This document shows positions 52,701 through 63,151 of a DNA stretch of 64,000 bases, piece after piece. Under the pieces are notes generated by a model, which did not search any database, was not told the origin of the DNA, and worked only from the letters and a program-made list of their open reading frames with translations. Within the stretch, counting starts at the first letter, position 1, and every line of letters starts with the position of its first letter. The position numbers were made by a program, and so were the translations under genes. This DNA comes from Mantamonas sphyraenae STR306 (lineage: Eukaryota > Protista > CRuMs), in assembly GCA_026936335.1 (NCBI GenBank), contig JAPMXV010000056.1:319649-383648 (forward strand), given 5' to 3'.

Positions 52701-53630
52701 CCGGCCTCGAAGCGGGCTGAGGCGTGCGAAGAGAGGGCCTGAGATCGCTGACAGACGAGTCTGTGCTGGAAGAGCTTGCGGTGGAGGCGTGTGTGTCTGC
52801 GACGCGGTGGAGGGCGGAGGAAGAGGGAGGTGTGGCCGGGGGAGGTGAGGATGCGACGGAGGACTCGTCGTCTGCTTGCATGAGGGCGACGACACGGCGC
52901 TCGTCGTCATCGACGGGTTGACCATCGAGAGAGTCGAGGTGTGTGAGGAGCGAGAGGACGAGATAGCGGTAGTTTGTAGAGTCGCAGACCGGATTGCCTG
53001 AAAGAGTGAGCTCTTGCAAGCCAGGGAGGTCCTGGAGGGCACCGAGCTGCTCGATATCGCTGATGTGGTTGTTTTGAAGGTCGAGGGTGCGGATGTTGGG
53101 TGCGCCCGAGAGGTCGCCGAGAGTTTCACTGGAGGTGCGGGGGAGAAAGCGTGTCAACGGATTTTGGCGCGTACAATTTGCGCGGGCTTGTGGCGCGGAA
53201 GGGCGTAGGCGGGCAACGGGAAGGTGGAAGGTGCTGGGCATTGGCAAAGAGGGGCACAGAGGGGCACTTGACACACACGAGGCATGGAGAGAGCGGATGG
53301 GCAGATTGGGGCGGTGTGGAGTGGGCGGGAAAGCACGGCGGCGGATTGGCGCGAAGGAGAGGCTGCGCGGTGTGGGTGGTCGTGCGGGCTGGTAAATGGG
53401 ACGCACATTGCATTGTTGCCAAGGTAGAGCTCGGTGAGGCTGGGCATGTCGTCTGTGATGGAGAGGGTTGTGAAGCGGTTGGAGGCGAGGTTGAGCTTGG
53501 CGAGTTTGTCAAGAGGCGCCAAGTTTGCAATCTTGCTGATCTCGTTGGAGGAGAGGTTGAGGGAGGTGACGTTTGCATATTTTGTGCGGATCTCCGAGAC
53601 CAGCACCTTTGTGATTTTCTGGATGGTCAT
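47875..53630 (-). CDS. ~1800-aa protein: N-terminal SDS22-like LRRs, long coiled coil, CCHCR1-like C-terminus (intron 53406-53129)
   Basis: LNLSSNEI, LTLSGNPVC...YR LRRcap; RWREKVFELMV and ERNTVLATLRQ resemble CCHCR1/HCR. Confidence 0.75.
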
Positions 53631-53688
53631 GGCCAGAGGTGCGGTTTTTGGGTTGGCGGAGAAAACGGCGCCAGCGCGCGAAAGTGAA

Positions 53689-54747
53689 ATGGGATCGTGT
53701 CTGAGCAGTAGTAGTAGCAGTGGTCGTGGTGGTAGTAGCAGTGGTAGTGGTGGTAGTGGTGGCGGTGGCGGCGGTGGAGGAAGCAAAGCAGCGGCGGCAG
53801 CGGGCGGAGAAAAGAAGAAGGAGTACAGCTGGGACAAGCGGGAAAAGGCAGATCCGGCGGACTACCGGTTCCGTGGGGAGGAGGGCAAGGAGCTGGTGAA
53901 GACGCCGAAGCAGCTGAAAGGGTACGAGTTTAAGCTGGAGTCGTGCAAGGACTGCGACATCTTTCTGTGTGGGCAGGCGAGCGAAGTGTACGTGGACGAT
54001 CTGGAGGATTGCCGCGTGTTTGTGGGCCCCGTGAGCGGGAGTGTGTTTGTGCGCAACAGCAAGCGGTGCGTAGTGGTTGCGTTCTGCCAGCAGCTGCGTA
54101 CGCGAGACTGCGACGAGATCGATTTCGTGCTGTACAGTCAAACGCGGCCGTCGATCGAAACGTCGACGGGCCTGCGTTTCAGCTGCGTAGGCATGGAGCA
54201 CCAGTACGGGGAGCTTGCGGGGCAGATGCGCAAGGCAAATTTGGACCCGTATGCAAATCGGTGGTGGGACATCTACGACTTTAACCCGGAGAGCAACTCG
54301 TGGAAAGTGGTCGGGGAGAGTCCGGCGTTCAGCGGGTTTAGCAGCGAGTGTGGAGTCAGTGAGGCAGGGGAGACTGTGGTGGTGCCAAACACGGTGGGGT
54401 CCCTGCCCGGACGGGGCGATGGGTTCCAGGAGGTGTTTGTGGTGATGGGCGGGAAGCGCGGGGCGGATGTCCGGGAGGTGCTGAACGCAGTGGTGAAGGC
54501 TGGGTACCATGTGAATGAGGCAGGGCGAGGGAAACTGTCGAGTGGTGGGAGTGAGGCGCTGCGGGAGGCCGAGGAGTGTGTGGGGCTGATGGTGGTCGGG
54601 GAGGGAGACGGGGTGTGGGCTGCGGTGAAGGAGGTTGTGGACGGGGTGGAGGTAAGCACGGAAAGATGGGTGGCAGAAGACTTGGCAGAGAGTGAGGAGG
54701 TGGGGAGGGCGTTTCTGGAAGAGGCGGGGCGCGAAAAGGCGGTGTGA
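53689..54747 (+). CDS. RP2: RP2/XRP2 (ARL3 GAP, TBCC domain)
   Basis: MGSCLS dual acylation motif, YSWDKR, GPVSGSVFVR, CQQLRTRDC, PSIETS, W.DIYDFNP. Confidence 0.93.
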   Translation: MGSCLSSSSSSGRGGSSSGSGGSGGGGGGGGSKAAAAAGGEKKKEYSWDKREKADPADYRFRGEEGKELVKTPKQLKGYEFKLESCKDCDIFLCGQASEVYVDDLEDCRVFVGPVSGSVFVRNSKRCVVVAFCQQLRTRDCDEIDFVLYSQTRPSIETSTGLRFSCVGMEHQYGELAGQMRKANLDPYANRWWDIYDFNPESNSWKVVGESPAFSGFSSECGVSEAGETVVVPNTVGSLPGRGDGFQEVFVVMGGKRGADVREVLNAVVKAGYHVNEAGRGKLSSGGSEALREAEECVGLMVVGEGDGVWAAVKEVVDGVEVSTERWVAEDLAESEEVGRAFLEEAGREKAV

Positions 54748-54770
54748 GCGGCGGCGTCGGCAAGAAAAAA

Positions 54771-56576
54771 ATGTACACGGAGCTGGTCGAGGGCAAGGAG
54801 ACAAGGGAGGTGGTGGATGAAGAGAAGCAGAGGGGAGGGCTGTTGCATGCGCTGGGACAGCTGGTGAGGATGGTGGGGTGGCGCGTACGGAGTACGCTTG
54901 TGCTGAGCCTTCTGGTCTTGTCGGGGTTCCAGCAGTGGGCGGTAAACCAAGCCGGGAACGTACCTGGGCTGTTTTATGATGCGCTCCTGCGCGGTTCGTG
55001 GAGTGAATTTGAAGGGGTGGTGTGGGAGGCGCTGCTGTGGGTGTTTCTGGCGTCTGTGGGGACGGCACTGGTGAATGTGGTTGCGCAGCTGGGCGGAGTG
55101 ACGTGCCGCGAGGCGGTTGGCACACAGCTGCAGAGGGCGTATGTGTGCAAAGAGACACAGCGGCGGCTGAACCGGATTGCAGAGAGCAAGAGGGTGGACT
55201 TTGACCAGCGGCTGACGCAGGACCTGGACCGGTGGAGTCAGGCGGTGGCGGAAGCGAGCGCAAAGGTGTTTGCGGCACCGCTGATTGTGACATACTACAC
55301 GTGGAGCACGGTGGTGTACGCAGGGTGGCAGGCGCCTGCGCTGGTGCTGCTGTACTTTGTGCTGGGGCTGGCGTGGAACTCGGGCCTCATGCGTCCGTTG
55401 GTGCGGCTGGTGGCGAAGCAGGAGCAACTGGAGGGGCAGCTGCGGTACTCGCACACGCAAAGCCGAACGCAACGGGAGGCCATTAGCATGACGCATGGAT
55501 TTGAACAGCAGGAGGAGACGCTGCAGAGAGAGTTTGAAGCGGCGATTGACAACAGGCGTCGTATTGTGTGGCGTCAGCTGTTGCTGAAAATGTCGACGTC
55601 GTTCTTTGGGTACATGGGAGCTGTGCTGAATTATGCCATTGTTGCGATTCCTGTGTTTGCGGCGCTGCAGTGGGACGGGCACGCAAATGCGGAGCACAAA
55701 TCGGCGAAAGAGATCAGCCAGGCGAGCTTTGCGGTGCTGATGCTCATTTACGGATTTACTATGGTGATCCAACTGGCGCAGGTGGTGTCTGACCTGGGTG
55801 GGTACACGCGGCGGCTGGGGGAGGTGGTGGAGCAGGTGGAGGGAGCGGAGGAAGGGGAGGAGACGGAGGTGGATGGGGAGGAAGGAGAGCAGGTGGAGCG
55901 GGTTGGGATTGGGGCGGGTCCTGTGTTGGGTATGGTTGGAGTGGACGTGCGTGCGCCATGGAGCCGGAGGAACCTGCTGGAGCAGGTGCACTTTGCGGTG
56001 GAACGAGGGGAGCACACGCTGATTATGGGGCCTAGCGGAAGTGGAAAGACGTCTCTAGTGCGGGTGCTGTCTGGGGTGTGGCCTGCGGAAGGTGGGCGTG
56101 CGTGGACGCCGCCTGTGTACGACGGGAAAGGGATGGATGCGCGCGAGTGCGTGATGTTTGTGCCGCAGCGAGCGTACCTTCCGTCGAGCTGTTCGCTGGG
56201 TGGACTGGTTGTGTATCCACAGGTGATGGACGGACAGGGGTTGGAAGGCCAGCGTGAACGGATTCAGGAGGTTCTGAAACGGGTGGGTCTGGCGGAGCTG
56301 CTGCAGCTGTACGCAGTGGTGGACGGAGGCGAGGCATGGGAGCAGGTACTGAGCGGAGGAGAGGCGCAGAGGGTGGCGTTTGCGCGTCTGCTGTACCACG
56401 TGCCTGCGGTGACCGTGTTGGACGAAAGCACGAGCAGCGTGGACGAAGAGAGCGAACGGGAGCTGTATGCAATGGTGCAGGAGCAGGGAACGACTATTGT
56501 GTCTATTGGGCATCGCAAGACGCTGGTGGAGTTGCACACGAGGGTGCTGCATGTGGGGGGAGGACGGGTTAGGTGA
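54771..56576 (+). CDS. ABCD-family half transporter (ABCD4-like)
   Basis: DQRLTQD, EQLEGQLRYSH..R...EAI, GPSGSGKTS, PQRAYL, LSGGEAQR..FARLLYH, LDESTS, SIGHR. Confidence 0.9.
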   Translation: MYTELVEGKETREVVDEEKQRGGLLHALGQLVRMVGWRVRSTLVLSLLVLSGFQQWAVNQAGNVPGLFYDALLRGSWSEFEGVVWEALLWVFLASVGTALVNVVAQLGGVTCREAVGTQLQRAYVCKETQRRLNRIAESKRVDFDQRLTQDLDRWSQAVAEASAKVFAAPLIVTYYTWSTVVYAGWQAPALVLLYFVLGLAWNSGLMRPLVRLVAKQEQLEGQLRYSHTQSRTQREAISMTHGFEQQEETLQREFEAAIDNRRRIVWRQLLLKMSTSFFGYMGAVLNYAIVAIPVFAALQWDGHANAEHKSAKEISQASFAVLMLIYGFTMVIQLAQVVSDLGGYTRRLGEVVEQVEGAEEGEETEVDGEEGEQVERVGIGAGPVLGMVGVDVRAPWSRRNLLEQVHFAVERGEHTLIMGPSGSGKTSLVRVLSGVWPAEGGRAWTPPVYDGKGMDARECVMFVPQRAYLPSSCSLGGLVVYPQVMDGQGLEGQRERIQEVLKRVGLAELLQLYAVVDGGEAWEQVLSGGEAQRVAFARLLYHVPAVTVLDESTSSVDEESERELYAMVQEQGTTIVSIGHRKTLVELHTRVLHVGGGRVR

Positions 56577-57054
56577 TGTGGATCCGCGCAGAAATGTACA
56601 CAGAGGAGCGCACGCCGTTGGTGTCGATGGGGAGCACTTTGAAAATGAGGTCGAAACCGACGTCGTCTTCGGTGACGGTGTAGGAGGTGGAGGTGGAGAG
56701 GACGGCTGGGTCGTCTTTGTCCTCGAGCTGGGGCGGCGTGGTTTCCTCGCGTGTGAGCTCACGGAACTTGAGGACGTCGTCCACGGTGAGGTCGCTGTCG
56801 GAAGGAGCGTACTTGAGCTCAAGTCCGATCAGTTCGCGCTGTGTTTGGGGGTCAGCGTCAGGAATTTCGGAGATCCAGCGAAAGAGGGAGGCCTCGGTGT
56901 CGAGGGTGGCATTGCCGAGAGTTGGCAGGCAAGTGATGGAGGCTTGGAGCTCGTCCCCTGGTTTGGCGTTGTTGGATGAGTCGACTCCGGTGAAGGAGAC
57001 GTTTGTGACTCGCAGGGTGGGTTTTGGAGGACCGGCGGAGGTGGACGTGGACAT
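56569..57054 (-). CDS. Small single-domain protein, AIR9 A9 (Ig-like) repeat-like
   Basis: G..KPGDEL.AS, SLFRW, SYTVTEDDVGFDLIFKVLP..TNGV; stop overlaps the ABCD stop region. Confidence 0.55.
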   Translation of the reverse strand: MSTSTSAGPPKPTLRVTNVSFTGVDSSNNAKPGDELQASITCLPTLGNATLDTEASLFRWISEIPDADPQTQRELIGLELKYAPSDSDLTVDDVLKFRELTREETTPPQLEDKDDPAVLSTSTSYTVTEDDVGFDLIFKVLPIDTNGVRSSVYISARIHIT

Positions 57055-57255
57055 TGGGTTGCGTCGGCGCGAGAAACGTAAATTGTGGAGGTGATGAGGT
57101 TGCAGAACGGAAATCCGAGAGAGGCTAGTCGTTCGTGTGTGGATCCGTAGCGTGCGTGTGGCGTTGGGTTTGAGGTTGCACAGGTTGTGTAGGCGAAACA
57201 CAACACAGCGCGCGCGGGGATGGCATGGGAACAGGGTAGTTGTGATGCGGAAAGT

Positions 57256-58030
57256 TCATTTGAAGCAGTTCTGATCCACGAGAAGGCAGCGGGGAGTCAC
57301 GGCGCGGGGAGGAAGTCGCGGAGAGCCGTTGGTGTTGCTGGGGGGGACATTTGAGTGGATTTGAGTGGATGAGGAGGTCGACGTATTGCAGTTGCGTTGA
57401 AAGGCGGCCCTGTGGAGTGGGTTCGCCGTGTCGTTGGCAACGACGTGGACGTCTGCGTTGGCGGAAACAAGGAGCCGCACGGCGTCGGTGTGGCCACGGT
57501 GGCAGTTCCAGGTGAGGGTGGGGTTGCTGTTGGTGTCAAGGATGGTTGTGTTTGTGTTTGCTCCAGCTTTGGTGCGGGTGCGGATGAGGTGTGCGGTCGG
57601 GGAAACGTATTCCAGGTGGGGGTGGTAGGGAGCAAGGGCGTCCAGTTTGCCGTAGTTGAGGTTGATGATGGTGTTGATAGTGTCCAGATGGCTTTCTTGG
57701 GAGGGTTTCATGAGGGTTATTCCCAGCGGCGAGCGTCAGCGCGGTTTGCTGCTGTGCGAGATTGGACAGATTGGACCGGTGGTCGATGAGCAGTTGGACG
57801 ACGTCGTTGTGGCCGTGCTCGGCAGCTCGGAGGAGTGGGGTGCAGCCGTTGGAGTCTGTAGCCCCGAGGGAGGCAGAGAGGTGGATTGAGAGCAAGGATG
57901 GTTTATGTGGAGAGGGTTTCGTCCCAGAAAATGGGGATGGTGTTGACGTCCTTGCCGTCCAGGAGGTTGACAAGAGAATGTGCGTGGCCGAGAACTGTGG
58001 CGGAGGCGATGGTTGTGTGCTCGCTCATGG
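57256..58030 (-). pseudogene. Degenerate ankyrin-repeat gene
   Basis: GCTPLLRAAEHGHNDVVQLLID, GHTDAVRLLVSANADVH, PLHRAA split across three frames. Confidence 0.65.
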
Positions 58031-58184
58031 TGGGAGCAGGGGGTGTGAGTTTGTGCGGCGTTGTTGTGCGCGGAGTTACCCAGCCTTAAAGCACAGTGTA
58101 GGTAGAGTGAGTGGATGTGGGGGTAGAGGGGGGGGGAAGGTGGGGGGGTGTTGGGGAGGAGTGAGGAGGGGATGGGGGAAGAGA

Positions 58185-59967
58185 TGAGCGAAGCGCTCAC
58201 ACACAGGGCAGAAAACCACAGAAGAAGCACCATGAGCATAAAGTTAGACGTTGATTGGTTCAGACTGTTGCGAAGCGGGGACCATGCACGGGTTTGTGGT
58301 GCACTGGAGGCGGAGGGAAAGGTGGGTAGGGTCGCGGGCGCATGTGTGTTTGCGAAAACGAACTGACGCCTGCTCCACTCCATGTCCTGCAGGCGTTCAA
58401 GTTGTTCATGGCGACGCTGGCAGAAAGCGAAGTAACAGTGTTGGCGAAAGCACTGGCTGAGAATAGCAGCTTGAGGACACTGTGCCTGTGGGACAACAAT
58501 CTCGATCACACAGGGGCAGCAGCGTTGGCCACGGCGGTGGGCATGAACAGGATGTTGCAGACGCTGGACCTCTTTTGTAACAGCATCGGGGAAGAAGGCG
58601 CAGTAGCGCTGGCGCAGGCACTGAGTGAGAATAGCAGCTTGCAGACACTGAACGTCAGCGTCAACGGCATAGGGGCAGAAGGAGCAGCAGCACTGGCAAA
58701 GGCACTCTGTGTGAACAGCAGCTTGACAATGCTGAACCTTCGTGACGATGGCATTGGGACACGGGGAGCAAAAGCACTGGCACAAGCACTTTGTGGAAGC
58801 TCTGTTCTGCGGCATCTGGATTTGAAGGGCAACAAAATCGATGACGAAGGCTTCGTGGAACTGGGAAGGGCTCTGCAGGAGAACAGCAGCCTGCAGATAC
58901 TGAACCTCGGCGGCAACAAGTGCGGTGCGGAAGGAGCTGCAGCCTTGGGGTTGGGTTTGGAGAAGAACAGCAGCCTGCAGACTCTCGAACTCGGATGGAA
59001 TGTCATTGGTGTGGAAGGGACAGTATCGCTGGCCAAGGCATTGGGAAACAGCAGTTTGAAGGCACTGAACCTCGACAGCAACAGGGTTGGGGCAGAAGGA
59101 GCTGCAGCCCTGGCGCAGGCACTCGGAGAGAATCGCAGCTTGCAGAATCTCGAACTTGGATGGAATGGCATTGGTGACAAAGGGATAGCTGCACTGGCGC
59201 AAGTTATGGGTGCGAAAAGTGGGTTGAGGTTTCTGCAGCTCTACGACAACGACATTGGGGACCAGGGAGCAGTAGCTCTGGCGCAGACTCTGGGGAAGAA
59301 CAGTAGCCTGCAGAAACTGGAGCTCATGTGCAACAGTGTAGGGGACGAGGGAGCAGTAGCACTGGCGCAGGCACTCGGAGAGAACCGCACATTGCAGGTC
59401 CTTGAAATGGTGGAGAACTGCATCGGAGACGCCGGAGAAGCGGCACTGGCAGAAGGCATGGAAACCAATGCATCTTGCTGGCGGCTCCTACTGCACGAGG
59501 AAGGTGCGCGGTTGCGGTCGCTGTTGGAGCGGAACAAGAAGCAGCATGTGGAGTTTGTGGAGTGTGGTGATGTGGAAAAGATGAGAGAGTTGAGGGAGTG
59601 GGGTGTGCCTGTGGACACGTTTGCAGGGGAGAGAGGGACGATGACTGCGCTGGAGAGAGCAGTGAAGGGTGGGAATGAGGAAGTTGTGGAGGTGTTGCGG
59701 GCATGGGGAGCGAAGCCGAGGATGGAAGCGGTGGAGATGGTGAGGGAGGAAGGGTGGAGGAAGGCGTGGCATTGGATTGGGTGGGGTGAGGAGGTTGATG
59801 AGGCGATGGAGGTGGCGTTGGTGATGAATGGGGAGGAGAGGGAGGCGATGTTTGCGTGCGGTGGGATGGAGGCGTATGTGGAGGAGGGAGGGTGGGATGG
59901 GTGGGTGACACTGCCGGATGAGGTGATGGAGAGGGTGGTGGAGTGGATGGGGAGAGGTGCGGAATGA
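58185..59967 (+). CDS. RNI/NLRC3-like 28-aa LRR protein (~13 repeats) + ankyrin + C-terminal F-box-like motif (probable intron 58322-58392; start uncertain)
   Basis: Repeats NSSLQTL.L..N.IG.EGA.ALA.AL; TALERAVKGGNEEVVEVL; WVTLPDEVMERVVEWM. Confidence 0.85.
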
Positions 59968-59993
59968 AGGGTGGTTCATTCGAGGCGTTGGCG

Positions 59994-62900
59994 TTAGGAG
60001 GAGGAGGAGGAGGAGGAGGAGGAGGAAAGGTCTTTGCGCTTGGGCAGGGTGAAGGAGGGGATGGGGTGGGCGTTGACGAGTGCGATGGTGGTTGGTCGAG
60101 TGTTGATGTGCGGTGTGATGCGATCGATGAGGGTGTGGAGGAGTGTGTGCAGAATGGCGTCGCTGGGTTTGGGTTGTCGAGCAAGGCGATCTTGAGGGAG
60201 AGGGAGGTGACACCACGATTGAGGGTGTTGCTGATTACATTTCCTACCTGCTGGTAGATGAGGCGTGGCCTGAGGAGGCGGACAAAGAAGGCCAGGTCGA
60301 TAGGCGGCACGGCAACGTTGCCCAGCGCCAGGATGACGTGTCGCACCAAGGACAGCAGATTGCTGTTGTTGATCAGATCACGCAGTGCCTGGTGCTCGTG
60401 TGTGTGCTGATGGCGAGGGTGCTTGGCTGCGCGTGCCTTCATGTGTGCCAGCAGCGTCTGGAACTCCCGCGCCGTGCAGCTGCCACGCTCGTCGCTGTTG
60501 GCTCTGCTCCAGCCACTGCGCACAGACTCAGGGTGCCACTTGTCCCCCTCGGCGGTGGTGAGGTGGTGGTCGTAGTCGCATTGTGTCCAGTGTGGGTCAC
60601 TGTCGTTGTTAGCAGGGCGTCGTGCTTTCTGCAGCCACAGCTGGGTCTCCTTGTGCTCCTTCCAGGTGGTGGGATGGGGTCTGTCGCCAAGAGTGGCCAT
60701 CTCTGTCATGAGCAGGTGGAGGAGGGCGTAGTTGGGGTCGCCGTGGTCGTGTGGCTCCTCCAGCCAGCACACCTTCAACCCAGCCTTTGTCACACCCATG
60801 GCCAGACCAGCGTTCTTGATGGCAGCACTGCACGCCTGTTGATCCACGTCATGGCCGAGAAGGGTGAGGCAGAAGGCCATGTCGCCCTGGGAGAGGGGAA
60901 TGTTGCCCAGAGCGAGCTGAATCTGTCGGACCAGCGCCAACAGGGGGCCATGGCAGACCACAACACGCGCCTGCAGGGTCATGAGGTCGGGGATGTCGTC
61001 GATGGGATGCTCGATGGCCACGGTGTGCATGTGGTTCAGCAGTGCCGTGTGCTCCTTCTTGTTGCTGTGCATGCGCTCGCTCTTGCGCCAACCTGTCCAG
61101 CCACTGCGCACGACGCCATCTGGCACTCCATCCTCCACGGCCAGCTTCTCCTCCTCTGATGGCTCAGGCAGAACAAGCTCAGCGATGTCGAGGGCGTTGA
61201 CTGCGTCAACGGTGGTGGGACGTGTGGTGATGTGGGGTGTGATGCAGTCGATGAGGGTGTGGAGGAGGGTGTGCAGTGTGGCGTCGCTGGGTTGGGGGTT
61301 GTCGAGCCAGACGATCTTGAGGGAGAGGGAGGTGACGCCGCGCGAGAGGGTGTTGCTGATGACCTGTTGAACCTGCTTGTAGGTGATGTGTGGCCTGAGG
61401 AGCCGGACAAAGAAGGCCAGGTCGACAGGCGGCACGCCAACGTTGCCCAGCGCCAGGATGATGTGTCGCACCAGGGATCGCAGGTCGCCGTTGTTGATCA
61501 GCTCACGCAGTGCCTGGTGCTCGTGCGAGTGCTGATGGCGAGGGTGCTTGGCTGCGCGTGCCTTCATGTGTGCCAGCAGCGTCCGGAACTCCCGCGCAGC
61601 GCAGCTGCCACGCTCGTCGCTGTTGGCTTTGCTCCAGCCACTGCGCACAGGATCAGGTTGCCAAGTGTCCACTTTGGTGGTGGTGATGTGGTGGTCGTAG
61701 TCGCATTGTGTCCAGTGTGGGTCGCTGTCGTTGTCAGCATGGCGTCGTGCTTCCTGCAGCCACAGCTGGGTCTGCTTGTGCTCCTCCCAGGTGGTGGGAT
61801 GGGGCCTGTTGCCGAGAGTGTCCATCTCTGTCATGAGCAGGTGGAGGAGGGCGTAGTTGGGGTCGCCGTAGTCGTGTGGATCCTCCAGCCAGCACACCTT
61901 CAAATCAGCCTCTGTCACACCCATGGCCAGACCAGCGTGCTGGATGGAAAGTCCGCACGCGTGTTGATCCATTTCACGGCCGAGAAGGGAGAGGCAGGAG
62001 GCCATGTCGCCCTGGGAGAGGGGAATGTTGCCCAGAGCGAGCTGAATATGTCGGATCAGCATGGTCGAGGTGCCATGGCAGACAACAACGCGCGCCTGCA
62101 GGGTCATGAGGTCTGAGATGTCGTCGATGGGATGCTCGTTGGCCATAGTGTGCATGTGGTTCAGCAGTGCCGTGTGCTCCTTCTTGTTGCTGTGGCTGCG
62201 CTCGTCACTGGGTCCCTTTGTCCACCCCTTGCGCACAACACCATCCGGCAACTTGTTCCTCTTGTCCACGCCTGCTTTCTTCCGGGCGCTGGTGTCTCCG
62301 TTCTTGGCCCTCCTTGCCCGTGTGCTCGACGTTCCTGTCTCTGTGCCACTGCCAGCCGTGACCCTGCGCCTACGCTGTCCGCTGCCTTTCACCGTATGTG
62401 AACCAGTGGGAAGGCTGGCTCTGCCTCTGCGGCGTTGTGTGCGGCCTCTACTTGTGCGTCTCGGCTGCCATTCGTCCGTGTCTCCTGCTCCATGTCGTCT
62501 GCGTCGTCGTCGCTGTCGTCCTGCGGCATGTACTCCTCATCCATGGCATCAGCAGTGTCTGCATTGGTGAGTGCGCCCTGAGTTTCCATCTCGTCGTCCA
62601 CGTGCTGCTGGGTTGCGTCGTTTGCCTCGCCGTCTTGTCGTACGCCTTCATCCATGAGCTGGTCATCCACTCTGAGTTACTGGACGTTGACCGTGGTTCA
62701 CGGTGGCCAAAGTTCAGTACCATCAGGTCCTCCACGTCGCCGGTGTCAAGATGTGTGTGTCCTGTTCTGCGTCGTCGTCGCTGTCTCCAGTCTGCCGTGT
62801 GGCCTGGTGGGAGGAGGACGACGATGTGGTGGTGGATGTGGTCCGTGTGATGCCGACAAAGGCAGGGCTGATGCGTTTCGGGACGCGGTTGTGGTTCGTG

Positions 62901-63151
62901 GTGGGTTGAGCAGGCGGAGGGTGCAACGGAGGCTGAGCGAAGTGCATCTGGGCGGTTTGTCGCGGCTGAGGAGGCGGCGGAGGAGGGTAGGCGTAGTATG
63001 GGTGGCTCTGATGAGCATATGCGTGGTGCTGCTGGGAGTGGGTGTTGACAGGAACCCAGATGATGGGTGGTTGTGGGTGCTGGTACGGGTTTTGTACGCC
63101 AGAGGCGGGCAGCATGTTCGGAAACGGCTGGGCAGCCATGGGAGGGACCAT
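59994..63151 (-). CDS. Subtelomeric hypothetical protein with two 375-aa tandem repeats; frameshifts near 62780, 62670, 62390 and 60170 (possible pseudogene)
   Basis: Long ORF with a 1125-bp internal direct repeat; Pro/His-rich then acidic N-terminus spread over successive frames. Confidence 0.6.
60060..62250. repeat. Tandem duplication, period 1125 bp
   Basis: For example GATGGGATGCTC at 61001 and 62126; protein blocks repeated. Confidence 0.93.

Noticed and set aside
58430-59460. CRISPR-like or non-coding periodic repeat (84-bp period)
   Set aside because: Coding 28-aa LRR units in a eukaryotic gene
59324-60170. Pro-rich tail of the 1022-aa ORF overlapping the LRR gene
   Set aside because: Caused by a 1-nt deletion at ~60170; comparison with repeat 1 gives a true stop at 59994
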